DNA of 64,000 nucleotides. It comes from Balanoglossus misakiensis. Its lineage: Eukaryota; Animalia; Hemichordata. The stretch covers positions 3,844,305 through 3,908,304 of the forward strand of contig CM082577.2 of NCBI GenBank assembly GCA_040954595.2, written 5' to 3'. The position numbers and the translations under genes were made by a program. Under the pieces are notes generated by a model. That model was given only the letters and a program-made list of their open reading frames with translations, had not been told where the DNA came from and did no database searches. Positions 30,401-45,400 of this stretch are shown here, one piece after another. Each line of letters begins with the position of its first letter. Position 1 is the first letter of the stretch.

Positions 30401-33400
30401 GGGAATAGCGTCACCAGCATGACGGAATGGGTGCAAAAACTAAAGCCATTTTTCTTCATTTGTGTATTTGATGTAGAGGCTCATTAGTTTCGTTGCAATC
30501 AACGTATTATTTAATTGTTCAATTATTTACTAGTTTATATGAGCTGCTCCGTTTAAGTCCTCCAGTCACTCAATCAGTCCAAGAAGTGGCCATGATCATA
30601 ATCAGAATTCGAAGTCCGCCTGCTCTAGTATAAGCTCTTGCATTAAATGGATCCTTGCATATGAAAAAAACAACATCCCTAGCTTGAAACAGCTGCGTCA
30701 CTCACATGTACGTGCACTTCACTTTGAAACCTTGCACTTGATGTTGTGTATTGCCCTTGATTCGATTTGACAAGTCCAAAGATAAATTTGGACATTTTTA
30801 AAAATACAGCCAATGGTTATGAAGCACTTGGATTTGGAACAGAACCTTGCAACCCGAAATTTTTATTCCACTGTATTGGGGATTAGCAACATGTATCGCT
30901 CACTATTCGGCTATAAGATTATTCGACACGGGGCTGCTGATTCGTTTGATAAAACACGCATCAACAGGGATGGATTAAACGAGGCCCGAGAAATGTTGCA
31001 GGTTTTAATAGTTGTAAGAACGTCTTTTTAAATCTCATCACGCCTAAATGATTGACATATAAGTACCTTTTGGCATGAATCGAGTTACATTCAACTTTAT
31101 GTTTGGACTTATTCTTTGCTTTCATTCCGGCTCTGCGTCAATATAATATGATCAAGATGTAGATATTACATTTCTTCTGGACATGATTATGAAATACCAT
31201 TAGGATCGAATTAACAACTCGTAAGTTAAGCATTCGACATACTCTGTCTGGTCAATTGTTTGATTGTATACTATGTACAAATATGCAAGACTCCATCCCC
31301 TATGAAACACATCTCGCTATCAATTTCCGTATGAGCCTATAGCCATCTATGTAGTCTGTCTCTCGGTCTTCTGTCTCTCTCTCTGTCTCTGTCACACTGT
31401 CTGACTCTGTCTGTCTCTGTCACACTGTCTGACTCTGTCTGTCTGTCTCCCTGTATGTCTCTCTCTCTGTCTCCCTGGCTGTCTCCCCCCCCCCCTCTCC
31501 TTCTCTCCCGCTTCTGTTCTCTCCCTCACTCGACCAACCTTTACCAAGTATGTCACAATGTCGTCTGCTAAAATTCCTGGCGGCAAATCAAGCTGAAATG
31601 GCTCAGAAAATTGCCACTGGTGTCTTTGACAAAGTCAACTTGTTTGGCTATAAATAGCTCGCAGATAAGCGTTTAATTTTATAAATTGGAATTCTAAAGT
31701 AGTGGCTTTTCGTGACGATAACACAGCACACATCAAATTTTTTGATTTCGATCTTTCGCAGACCATCGCGTGATGAAGTTTCTAATCTTTGCAATATCAG
31801 CTTTAGGTGTACGTGACCGGGAAACATATGGGTCCTGTGAGAGCCACCATGGTTTACAAGGAGTTTTAGTGCTCTCTCCGCATGAAGGTCCGGAGAATGA
31901 CGTTATGACGCATGACGCAGAAAACGGTATCAATAATAACCAGTTACCCCTGTGGAACTTTGCTTTTCATCATACCTATATTATACATTTTGTCGACGTG
32001 TCTTTCTTGTGAAATGTATATATCCTTGAACACTTTGGGTTGTTAAAAATGGATGTTAGCTTCTCAAGAATGCCGTCAGCCGGCATTCCCATGTGCTGTT
32101 GCGATAATTGTAATATCAGGCGCAGAACACGAGATATATTTTTCATATCAGAATCAAAAATACACAATACACAATCCTCATTAGGCCTACGTGACGACGA
32201 CAAGAAATTCTCGAGTGTCGGAGAGGCTTTTGAAGCAGAAAGATTTCTTTCACGTTTCACGTTACTAAAATAATGTGGCAGGTTTCTTTAAGCTATTAGA
32301 GTCCAACTCACTTTCATTTTGGTCAAGAAGACAGAAGTAAACATAATGATACGGTATATATTTTTTCTTGCATGTTTTTGGTTATTTGTAATCTACGTCA
32401 GTTCATAATTTTGTTCATACATGTAATCTCTTATTGAATTTTTAAGTTCGCACCCGTTTTTTCTTGAATGGCTGTATTTTTAATTAACATATATTAAAAT
32501 TTAATCTATGAAAAAACAATGTCATACGTTTAATATTATAAAACAAGTAATTATAAACACTGTCCCCATTGCAAAGCTGGTATTCAGAGAATAACTAAGG
32601 ATCAGAAAAGAGATCACAAAACTTGCGATAAAATATTTGCAATATCATCATCATGTAGCTATCTCAATTAACTTGTTGGCCAAGCCCTTCTGGAGGCGAA
32701 TTTCCCTTACGGTGTTTTCGTTCTGGCACCAGAGCCAGTAGATGTAAATGACCGCCACAGAACATATCATCAGTAGCAACATCCAGGTATAAACCCAACA
32801 AGATAACACTGACCCAACATACGCCAGCTTAATCACAAGCGCGTGAAGGTGTTCAACGAACATAATTGAGATATCTGACACCAATCAGACAAGCACATGA
32901 TAAAGCCTGCGTTTTCACTAATCTCATACAGCGCCTAAGCTTCCGCAGAGCTATTCAAACCACAAATCCCCCAATAATATCATCAATCCAATGTCTGGGA
33001 AATCAGAGATTCAGACCAGATTATCATGCATTCTTTCTATCGACGCACCCAGGGATATACCTGTAGACATAGACTATTTTATTCTCCGAAGGCTTTCTCC
33101 TCGATTGTAGTATATTCACAGAAGCGAGAACTTATAACGAGTATACATACATGTTATACAAACACGTTACGTGAAGTTGCGTTTAACACTGTCCTTCGGA
33201 GCATATACAAATAACAGAATAAAAGGGAAAAGCAAGGTAAAAGCCCCCCACACCAGCTGCGCTTTCCATGCCCCAAGCGTTTCGCAAATTTTATCAGCAA
33301 CACTATCATACATTCAGTCCAGTGTTAATCAAAACCCGCACGCTCTCCACCAGTGTTGATTAAAAACCGCATACTCTCCAACACTCCAGTTTTTTTTTAA

Positions 33401-36400
33401 GGTCTCATTATAATCCCCCTGAATTTCACGCGTTTCTGTCAATACCAGCGGTCTTTCAGTAGCCAGTAAGTAAATTTGACGTTAATCGACAATTCAAAAA
33501 AGAAATCGACAAAAAGTACAGCAAGCCCAGCTGCTGCACACATTTCCGAGCCGGTCGTGAATAGACTTTAAGCCAGCTTGTAGTTACGGATCCATTTTTT
33601 TCTCTATTGAATTAATAATAACCTTTTGACAGGTTCTGGTATTGCCGTTTAGAGCCATTTGACCTCTGAACTTTGGGTTTCCTCTGCAAATTGACAGTAC
33701 ACGGAAATGTTATCTAATTCGATCGCAGAGGCGGCCGATATCACTGAAAATGGGAATATCACATGAATGTTTAATAAGAGATTCTTTATTTCTCATGGAG
33801 ATGTATTAGATTGAATCACCAGGCAATTACTGCCTGTTATACATGTAGTGTTTTGCGAATCACACAGAGGGTGCGTGTACGGTGAAGGCCTGGGTGTAAG
33901 GTTTCAATTAAAGGTGAGATGTCCATTAGAAATTCGAATAACTTCCTCGGTGTCAGAATTTTCAGATTTCACAAAACCTACTCAGTTTACAGTCATTAAA
34001 CGTGACTGACGTTCGAGTCAGAAAAAAAGGGTTTTACATTGACTGCTGCCATGACCAACCAGGCACGGTAATCTCGTTTGCGACATTTCAAGTAAGCGGT
34101 GGTACTTTACGATCCGAATATTCTTGTATATTAAGGGAATTTATGACCGTTTCATGTACAAATATTGACAAGACACGATTCGCGAATATCATTTATGGGT
34201 AGAAGATATTTGTACTGTTTTCTTTTATTAAAATAATTATGCAGCCTGCACGATACTAACAAAGTTGTAAAAAAAGCAACTAGATCTTTGAATATTTCCA
34301 ATGGAACATGACATTTTGTGCCGTAGCAAAATATTATATGTAAACATTGAGAATGGGATAATACCAGAGATTATGATGCGGTTGTTATGCAAATTCCTTT
34401 GATGAGTCCTTATTTTACATTCATATTCAGTTACATGTACATTGTCTCATGAAATGTCGAATGTCTAGCACACATTCCATTTGGCAAATTTACTTCATGA
34501 AATATCGCTATCCGCATATATGATATTCGATTGACCTTGAAGTCCATTCATTGGAATATGTAAATACAGTTTAGTTCGAACGTGTTGACAACATGTTCAT
34601 AGGCAGTTCAATGTCGACTGACATGACCCAGTTATCCGAGAACGAAGCACTTGCTTGATCCTCCAAAATCGTGCCATATCCGTCCACGTCGAGGTGTCAG
34701 TTACACACATTTTCATCTAATCTTCTGGATTTTATTAAACAAGCAGTGCGAAATTGAACAGCAATATCAAATATCTGTTTGAAACCATATATGGCTAAAC
34801 ATATAAGTTTGACTTGTCTGTTCAACCTGACCTAGTCTGTTCAACCTGACCTGCAGAGCTAATCAATATCAAATGTCGGTTCGGCGGGAAAGTCGATAAA
34901 TATAAAATTAATAGCCATCTTGTCTGTGCTGGCCATCGTCCCCTTTTCATCGAGCTCATACATCATATATACATGACAAATTTTTGAGTGTTTAATGGGT
35001 TTATTTCGTATTGGAATGATAAATTGAGTAGATTAGGTTGCACGTCTGTTTTCGCATTTTCTCGGTCACTCTGGGGAGTGGGGAAGTGAACCCTCTTGCT
35101 GGGTTTGAAACTAATCAACGACTTTCTGTCTTACTTCGCCGTGTGTACACGGAGCTATCAGAAGTCAAAGCGCAGTGACGACAGAGCTCCCAGGCTCTTG
35201 CACGTACATCAATGTATAGGACGCTGTTAAACTGGACAAAACATGTTATCGAAAACGATCGACTGCTGCACGTCGTATCTCAGATATGCATCTTACAGAC
35301 GTACATCTTACAGCCACAGTAAATCTCTTCCTCGACTACTTGTGCGCAGGGTGGCATCACAGATCAGGATAAGACAGGCCCTTCACTCGTAAAAATCGCG
35401 TGTGACAAAATACACTAGATATGAACAACCACGCCTTCGATATAAAGCGCAGTTTTCTATAGCACCCATGATATCTCTGGATTGACAACATTTAGCTTAA
35501 AGATAAGGAACGCAATAAACATTGCATGTATTGCCGTATTTATCATAATTGTCCAGCTAACTTGGTAAATAAAATGGAATTGTGTTATATAGATCCGATA
35601 TCACTCCTTACTCTAAATTGATTGCTTCTCAGCTCTAAGACCATCGAGAGAGCAATATATTATCCATCTGACACTATTCTCCTAATTCAATTGTTCTTCC
35701 CCAAGTGACAGATTTATACTGACCTGCTTTGTCCTATGATGGTACTGTTTTAGACTTTAAAAAATAATGATCATTGTTTTGTGACTTGTAGGCTTTTTTG
35801 ATTCCAAGTACTTTGACATACACCAACTTAAATTTGACAATAAAAAAGAACACAATTCATGTTGCACGTGATTAACCGCGATCACTCTTGTTATATGCCT
35901 TTTATCAAAGCGGAAAAATTATGACGAAACGATGATAGACATTCCGAGCGGCACATGTGTCGCATACCGAACCCCGATAATGGATATTTCCTGTTCTCTC
36001 GTCACCATAGTGATAGTAGATACTATCATTGTAGGTAGATAAGCTCCAGTGGCTTCTCTGCGCACACCACTGTCAGTAAGATACATGTCTTACACAAGAA
36101 GCATAAAGTCTCATTGGAAAATAGTACACATGGTTCCGTCATTTCCATGACAATGCGAGAGTAATCTGTAACAGGCATGCGCTATCGCTTATTATTTGAT
36201 CAGTAGGTTCCACATTCCTTCAATTTATAATGGTACCTCATACCATATAGATACAGAAGTACATGTACTGTGAGTGCAAATGGGTTGCTCAAACAAAACT
36301 GAGGTTACGTTTATCTAACTAAAGTAACAAGAAAGGTTTAATTTATCGTGAACTTGGATCTTGCAGACAGATGTTTTAATTAAGTGATCATGCAAACACA

Positions 36401-39400
36401 ATTGTAAGAGCACGTGTTTGTGCCATTACGGTGCCAATTAACTCTCATTCACGGGTGTGTACAATTGATGCGAGTGATGTGTGTAGCCATGGAATGTATA
36501 GCCTTGGGTTTGCCATACTTGCTATATGCCAGCACAACCTCTGATGACAGTCCATGAGACTTCAAATAATTTAGGTGTCACATCCGATTGTCATAATTTT
36601 TGGGTTACAATAATTCCATCTTGAAATTGTGTTTTTCAGGACACTTCCTCGTCACATTTACATCTCGGAGCTTCCATTGTGGACCAGTGCAAGGCGATGC
36701 TTTCATTCCTGAAATACTACGGATGGCACCATTTCATCATCGTGACGACGTACGTGCCGAACCACGACCGCTTCACCGGCGCGCTGGAGTCCCTGGCGGC
36801 CGAGCCTCTGGAGGAAGCCGACGGCGGCGAGTGGGAAATCTGCGATAAGTTCAAATTCGACATGAATCTGAACCTCACGAAGCAGGTGCAGCTCCTGGCT
36901 GAGAGCGACTGCACCATCATCCTGCTGTTCTGCTCCGAGAGCGAGGCGCAGGAGATCATGCGAGCGGCCGTGTCGTTCAATCTCATGCGACAGGGCTACG
37001 TGTGGATCGCAGCTGAGACGGTGCTCGGCGATCGGGATTTGAGCAGCGACGTCGATCTCCCACCTGGGCTGCTGGCCGTGAAGTATAAATCACAAGATTA
37101 CAGCACCGCCGATAAAATTGTAGACGTCGCCAACATATACCTAAACGGATTGGATGAGTATCTGGCGAACTTCCACTCCCTGAATATGAAAACTCTCAAG
37201 TCCTGCTGGAACACTGATGACGCCAACACAACGTCGTCAAAAAGGAATAAAAACTTTGTGGAATATCTTTCTGGAAGGACTTCGAAGTTAGGGGAGAGCG
37301 AGTTCGTGTTTAACACGGAAGGGTACTTGGAAAATACCGATATTGCCGTCATGAACGTTGATGCGTCAGGAAAATGGATGCAGGTTAGTGTCACAAAAGA
37401 CTCCTTGATGGCAAGTTCTCTTTTATGACGGCTAAGTGGTCGATTCTCTGTTGTATTCATATGTCATATGCAATCCGATGGAACGTGTTCGCGGTTCCTT
37501 AAACTTCTGTAGCGTAAATGTATATACACTTAGCGTCTGCTGTATGTGTGCAGATTATATGTGGTCGCGACGAAAAAAACAGAATCCAAGAATTAGGAAA
37601 AGACACGGAATGTTGAAAATTACTAATGTCCTCAGATTTTGCCCATACATATTATTTCTTCATGGCCTCCTACGTACTATGAACCTCAAACGCTGCGTCA
37701 CAGGCTGAAACCATCGGTTCATCAGTGATGAATTATCTCTTATGAAAGAAAGTATGTGCAATATCGCTATTGAAAAGTCATTAAGTGCGAAAACGAACTC
37801 ACTTTCGTGATAAATGGATTTCAGTAGCCGCAAGCCACAATTTCAGTGCAATATAATACAGCTGTGCTGTAGTAATGAAACAGTACGTTAATTAATTTCG
37901 CAATGATTGCGTAGTTATGCAACGACCTTTTGCCATTTAAGTTGAATCAACGGCAGATATAGATAAAAGTCTTTTCCTTTCGCCAGTAAAAAAAAAAAAG
38001 AACCCCAGATAATATTCTCCCGGGGAATGATATTCTGGTATATGACATAATTCTTAGTTGTGTATGTGCGGCGTTTATGAGATATTTCCATGAGTTGTTG
38101 CCGGGTGAATGTTTCATTCAGTCACACCAGCAGTTTGGGTGGCAACAGTATTTAAAACCGCTATATACATATACCCGATGAAGTACACAAGGTTCAGTTC
38201 AATACACAGGAGTGAGTAGCGCAATACCGAACGAAATCACAACATGTGAAGGAGATACTAGTATTCCAAAGGCTATTCACAGGCACGATTTGTTCAATTC
38301 AGCTATGAGTGTAAGTGCTGGTATTTCACTATAAAATAACGGTACATATAATGTATCGTTGCTTAATGTCCGCATGATGTATTTAGTTAATAACGCCAGA
38401 AATAGTCGAGTGATGAAAGTAATGCCTCTGTTAAAATACGAGTGCCGCGCAAAGCAGCTTATGTTCTGTTCCCTATTCACGTCAGAACAAAGCAAACAAC
38501 TACATGTACTGTCGACATCAGACGTCACAGATATGTTCGTCGTTATCGCATGGAAAGTACCAGTAAAAGAACCTGTACATTCCCTGCCACAACACATCGC
38601 TATTCAACCATTTTTTTTTACCATTTACATTCATAAGCGTTCTTTATTATGCAAGTAGACAGTATTTTGGATCGCATTCTTTTCTTTCGATTTTCTTTAT
38701 ATGTCGTCGGTTACAGTCACTGCGGAAAGTCTCTTTGCATCTCGTTTAGATCATGCTAACGACTAGCCTTTTTGTCACTTAAATCAATGTGAAATGGCCT
38801 TTTCAGCTTCTGAGTGGCGTCACGACTGGGGACGCCCGAGATGCTATCACCAACATCCCGCGGTGTTTGCGGCGCAATTTGTCAACATCAACTGATGGAA
38901 TATTGAACCGTGCCCGTACTTTAATTAAACTGGGAAAGCCGGTTTTCCCCCAGAGCATATCGATGACTTAGGACAGAGTTACATTCATTGACTTATTGCA
39001 AAACGTCGTTTAAATGCCAATAAGGGCATTGCGCTTGCTGTTACATGACTATTCACCTGTCGCATATCACACAAATGTTTTGACATCTATATTAAAAAAA
39101 TACAATTGCAGCTTTTTTTAACCGTTTTCCTAAAATATTATTTTCCTGACTCAATTGCAAGATAAATCCCTTGAAGGTGTTGGGGTGTTCCGAAATAAAT
39201 TAATCATCTAATAACAAGGATTGTAATGCAATTTATGGGGTGTTTAACAGACCCCCTGCTTGTTTCCAGAATTGCGACTGAAAAATCTAAGAATTAAATT
39301 AACTGTGGTCACATCGAAGTGTTCATAAGCATTTCGTAAAGCACCTGCCAAGTGCAGATCTGTAGTCTTTTACAAGCCAGAGGTATTTAATAAGAAAGCG

Positions 39401-42400
39401 GTAATAGCCGAGACCCATTTAACTGCACAAAAGCTATAACCATACGCTAAGTCGAAGATAACCATGCTCGTAGTTTAATCTTTCTCGTCATCCCCTCGAC
39501 ACTCTGTCTCTGCATAATTTAAATTAAACCTTCGCATCGTTTGGAATAACTTCGTCGATTTAATGTCCTTAAGGTTTAAATCGTGGCACAACTGAAGTAA
39601 ATGCCATAGTCGGGGTTAAATAGGTCAAGATAGCAATCAGGAATCACAGATTTTGCTGTTTCAATCGTGATGTTTTAATTTCTTCATTTCCGATATGATG
39701 TCTCTTTTTTGAAATCCTGTATTTTGTTAATTACTGAGATGTGATTAATTAGTCTAATCTTGTCATTACTCTGTGCATTGAGAAATGTTAATGAAATATC
39801 AAATATTGAACTGTTGCATGCATAAATTAATGTTGTGCTTCCTCTGACGACGATGCGAGCAGGACTGAGAACAATTTTATGAGTCAGCCTGTTATCGGAA
39901 CAAGATAGGTAAACTATCATGTAAAACAAATCTAATCCAGATTGTTTCAGAGATTGCTACACACGTAGCAGTCTTCAATAACCTGTTTCTGGTACAACTG
40001 AGATCGTATCGACCTGAACTGTGCAATGTGGAAACAATACGTGAATACCTAGACAGACGGTAATGTTCGACCACAGTTGAAAATAGCGCTGCTTTAGTGA
40101 GCGTTGTCCGCTATTATCATGTTCACCACGGCCTCTCAAAATTATTGAGTTTAAACATAATAATTGTCTCCTTGTTTAACATATCATATGGTACAACTTA
40201 AAACCATGTGATACCATTACGCAAGAAATTGCAGTCAGGGTCTATCCCTGCATCCGGGAGAAACTGTTAAAAGTTGCCACATGGGGGTTGTTCCCGTTTG
40301 ATGTGAATTTATCGCCATTAACAATCAATGAGCTATGTACCGTACATCTGTACTTCATATCCGTTTGTATTGTTCAGTGTAATGTAATTTTGCGGTCTAA
40401 ATTGACTAACAACCCTGAATACATTTGATTACGGGTAATACTGTATATATCAAATGGAAGCTTATGCACGGCTCTTACTGGTTGTAAATGCTCTCCCTAA
40501 AACAAGTTTGATTCGCTTTTCCTCCACCGCAGGTAGGGACGTGGCTAAACAGGGAACTGGTCCTCAACGATGTCACGTGGATGGGCGGTCTTCACCAGCA
40601 ACCGGAGGGTCTGACTCCACACCGGCACCTGACGTTCACGACCATCCGAGAGGGCTCCTACCTGAGCACGATCAAGCTGAGCGAGGAGGAGTGTACCGCC
40701 GGGGCCAGATGCAAAGCGAGGGATAACGACACTGGGTTGGTAATTAATCTACAACTTGTAGCATACGTACAATGTACAAACATGACAGAGGCATGAAAAC
40801 GTGCATGCACTTTAGCCGCTCAGATATCATTATCGCCAATCAGAAACACAAGATGCACCTCATAAATAACTTCAAAGCAAATTCCAGGTAACATAAAATT
40901 TAGTCTCAGTACATCAGGCTGCAACTGATGAGTTTGAATTCGCCTATTAGGGATCATGTTACGTTATGTCAAACAGTAAATAGATTCGTTTTACGGTGGA
41001 TCTTTGAGAATAAACACTGTATATGTAGTATAATAGACCCGAAAAAACATATCATGTCAGCCATTTAACTACATTTATATCTAAATCAGTCGCGTGTCAA
41101 CTTTTTTCTTCCGACACATTCTAGATTAATCTGGGCAAAGAGATATTTAAGCAGTTGAACGGTGAACGACTTATTATGCATGGGGTGACCCGAGACGCCC
41201 TCTCTTAAAACAGAATCACGAGGTATTAGGACGAAGAATCTTGCCATCCATAGCGTTGATTTCCAATTTTCGATCTCACATGCACGCATGCCGCTGCAGT
41301 CAATTTAAAGTACAAGAAATCTATCGCCGGACGATTTGTACAGTTGGCTTTTCCAAAACCTATCTAAGCTTATCTGTTTCCGCCCACGGCTTGGCAGATA
41401 CTGGAGGTTTTTGTTAGATCACGAACCTCAGTGTTTCAGGGAATTGAAAAATGAATTTTTCATTGGGGTTAGATCTTTCAAAGATTCCCTATAAACTAGA
41501 AATACACGGATTTTGCACACGCTTATTAACTTACACAATTCTGGAGCACATAAGTCAGACATGACGCAATCAGTTACAGGCCAGATCTGTAGACTTTGTC
41601 GAGACTCTGTCGTGAATCGCCTGTTATTATTGGGTTCAAAACTAATGACTACAACGAACTGGGTTAATGTGCCACTACATTCTGACCTTCAAGTCATATG
41701 GATTCTTAATATCCGCTCAAGTAAGATTGATTTTGACGACAGGACTGAGAAGATCCACAATAATACTCAATGATACAATTCTTGGGGTACATTTGAAATG
41801 CCCTTTGGTAGCGCAAGTGAATTTCAGAGTTTTTGGCTCACGTGTGGGTGTAGCCTATAGCATACATTGTACAAGTACATGCAGGCCTATTCTATAATTT
41901 ATATTCAAACTTTGGGTGGCACTGTCTGCTGATCATTACACCTCATTAACGTGCTTAGTGACAAAAAATTGTAATTACACCACATGTAACATCTGGCTGC
42001 AATGAATATGATTAGCACTCACAGACAATTAATGGAATTATTGTCATTCGGTATTAATAAAACCAACATCACTGAAATAGATCCAATTTTATCTATATAT
42101 TGGTAATAGCAATGTTCACGTATAACTGAAGGTTTGGTGAAGAAAAAAACCTGCTCTTCTAAAAAAAGTCATGGCAATATATCTTGCTTAGAGTCGATAC
42201 AATAAACTGTAGATAGCGATGCTTTATGGCCTATCTTGACATTCCCATTCCCTCAGACTTGCACAAATTATCACCACCCATCCTTAAATGTTGCTAGTTG
42301 ACGAAGCGTCCTGTGTCACACAGGAACCTGGGTGATATTTTATGCGTCTATTGCTCTCCATTCCAGCCTCCGAGACACTCTTTACGGATAATATCAACAG

Positions 42401-45400
42401 AAGCACTTTTCACGATAAGGTGTTCCTGCATGCATGCAGGAGACTTTGAAATACTAATGAGACGGCAATCGCGCGTAACGGGACATTTCAATATTCTTCA
42501 GACCTGCCCCATGCTCAGTTTTCTGATCACCTTTCCTGAAATAACCACGTGAACAGTATCAGAACATGTTTTACTTTGGTCGCGGTTTCTCTAGTAGAAG
42601 GGGAGAGCAGTATAGGAAATAGTGTGCTAATTCGTGTCATTATGCCATGGCTTCGTATGTGTTTTCCACTACATGTGTCCCTTTTCACGAAAGTCAGAAA
42701 GACCGGAATTACAAATGTACATCATCGAACCGCCATTAACTAATTACTTTTCCTTTATCGCGGTTTACATCAGCGATGGCAATTCGCGTAACAAGGGCCC
42801 TCATTAGTAGACAAAAAATGGATCGTGTTTCGGAAGCAACTGTAACCGACTCCTGCCCGGCAGCTGCCAATTTTCTGGCAATTGCGTTCGTCACGTCTTC
42901 AACAATGTGAAATCGAGGATTCAGAGTAAACAATTTGCACACAATGCCTAATGCCTTTCCTGAAAGACTTGGCGGTTTGACCCTCTTCGAAAGGTGCTGA
43001 AGGAACCAAATTTGCTTCTAGAGAAAATTAAATCAATCAAAGCATTTTGGATCAAACTGTTTTCCTGTCCGAGGCACAAAAAGGCGGCCATGATACTTTG
43101 GCCCCGTGTGTGGCATCCGACTGGACTAGTCTATGCATGTTTTGTAGTGCCACTTATAACCAGAAAATCATGTCAATATGCAAAGAAAAGGTTTTAGTCA
43201 AAAGAGAACTCGATCCAGAACAGCTTGCAACATCGCTTAGCACGGTAAACAGCAGACAAGTCCATTCAGCCGCATCAAAGTTTCTAAACTAAACAGCTAA
43301 AAATAAACAAAGAACACACATAAAACCTCATGTCTCTCAACAAACTTGAAAATGAGTAGTCTCGAATCCAGACTAATGAGGTGTTTTCCACTATAGTCTA
43401 TACTGCACATACGTGTGTGGGACTTAGCGGAAAAACACATGAGCTTGGATTATAAACTACAAAATGAGTAACCAACTTATTGCATGTACATGAATGTGCT
43501 GATTGATATAGACATATCTACTTATTTTTACGACAAGACTTCTTCGTCTTGGAACTGGCATCAGTGTAATCTTTGTGAATGGACCAAACGACCATTCAGC
43601 ATTGCCCGATAAAGTTGCACGCCATGAAACTCTTGCAATGCTTGCCCATTAGATCACCAATGCTTGCCCATTAAGACGATTACATCGAAAGGTAACCTAA
43701 CATAAACCTCTTGGCATTCTTCGACGCATTAATGTAAGTGCCGGATTAAAGGAAGAACTAATCACGTTAATTTAATTTTTCTCTTGGAATAATCCCGTGA
43801 GTGACATCATCGTCTTTTTTGTTACTCAGAGGTCGACGTCTTTGTATCCGACCGTAGAAGCATTCAGCGGTACTCCCTCAATTTTCTCATCATTAGCTCG
43901 AAGCGACATCCACTAGACCTGACTAAAATACCTAAAAATGTTTAATGCCGTAAGCATGGGCAAGGTACTCCAGAGTTCGTTACATACTTGTTCAGAGACT
44001 AACCTTGTACAGAAGCCGCGAGAATACTACTTGTGTCAATTTTCATTTTAGTGTCTTTTTCAATAAATAACTTACCAAGAAAACGTTATGTAAAAAATTG
44101 TTTACATAGCTGCCATGTGTATGAAATCTAAAGTATTAATTGCTACTGGCATTTTGCACATATGCAGCCGTTAATTAGCGTTTACTAAGTAATTAAGAGA
44201 GTATTACTGTTACGATAATCAAATCCCTTAATGATCAGCATCCCTTTATTGATTGTTTGCTTGCTTGCTTGCTTGGTGTGGGAAGGGCGTTCTCTCTGCC
44301 ATATGTTTTTTTTATATTTTAATGAGGACACTTGTACATGTATGTCCAATGCGTCCACATTAATAAACGGGATACAATGTATGCTGCACAATATTGAATT
44401 CTAAAATATCATTAGCCTATGCTTATACTGACTAGGTCATGTACATGCCCTCTTCCGGCCCCAATAGCACTGTTTGTAGTTTGTTAATATCGCCATCCTG
44501 ACATCGTTACACTAATCTCTGAGGTCATAGAACGTGTACCTACACCTTGTCTTTATTCATGACAGCTTATACCAAGATAGCAGATCATGTTCAACCTGAT
44601 GCCCTATTTTCACCTCATTTTAAAATGAGTTCCCGCCCTTTCGGCAACAATGCACAGCGCGCATACGGTATTCGGCCCGAACGATAGCCCACTGTTCCCA
44701 TAACTCTTTTTCCCATAACTCTTTTTCACAAACAGCTTGTGTCTAGCCCATATTCTAATGCTATCAATATTAAAGCAATATTTATTTATTCCAATTGATC
44801 GGTTAGACTCAGAACCCCTTTCCAGAAATGTATATTTTTCAAATTAATGGGCTATGAATACACTGGAGTTGGCAAGATTTCTTTGGCAATGTCAATATCA
44901 GTGTTCCTTTTCCAAGTTAAGGCGAGTTTATTAACAGAATATCTGCGATCGCTTTATTCGTCAAATTAAGTATTTTTTCGGTGTAACGACTACTAATTCC
45001 CCCCACGATCCGGGCTCATTCAGAACAAAAGATCAAAGTTGAGAGACATCTGCCTTCTCTCTTTTGTCTAGGAGCAACTTGAGCGCCGCATGTTTTACTT
45101 TTACTCTCGGGGATTCCATTTTGCCCTAATGCACATCAAGCTGCAAGTCGCTTGCACTGCGTTGAGAAGACATCAGCGTAAATCTCCAATGAATACCCCC
45201 CTTTTATCGATAAAGGTAATTATACAACGCCCGCGACAGGGAATACAAACAGAGCCATCCACGTCAGAACATCGGCAAAGGTAAAAATAAGATCGCCGTT
45301 TCAAACATTATCCGAGTCTCATCGTATCTTCTCAGTGATCGTCTCTTAATACCATCTATACGCGTTTCGATCGACGAATGAGACACAATGCGCTGTACAT

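Noticed and set aside
33319-34852. Short direct repeats as a CRISPR array
   Set aside because: Two adjacent copies only, no spacers, no cas genes, eukaryotic context.
36717-37460. Antisense and alternative-frame ORFs over exons (also 27133-27426, 48720-48998, 49877-50146, 52544-52951, 52805-53029, 59945-60331, 63583-63777)
   Set aside because: Shadow ORFs caused by codon bias in the real exons; no motifs.
40736-40745. Alternative donor TTG|gtaatt at 40740 for exon 3
   Set aside because: Phase 0, which would frameshift exon 4; exon 4 needs phase 2.
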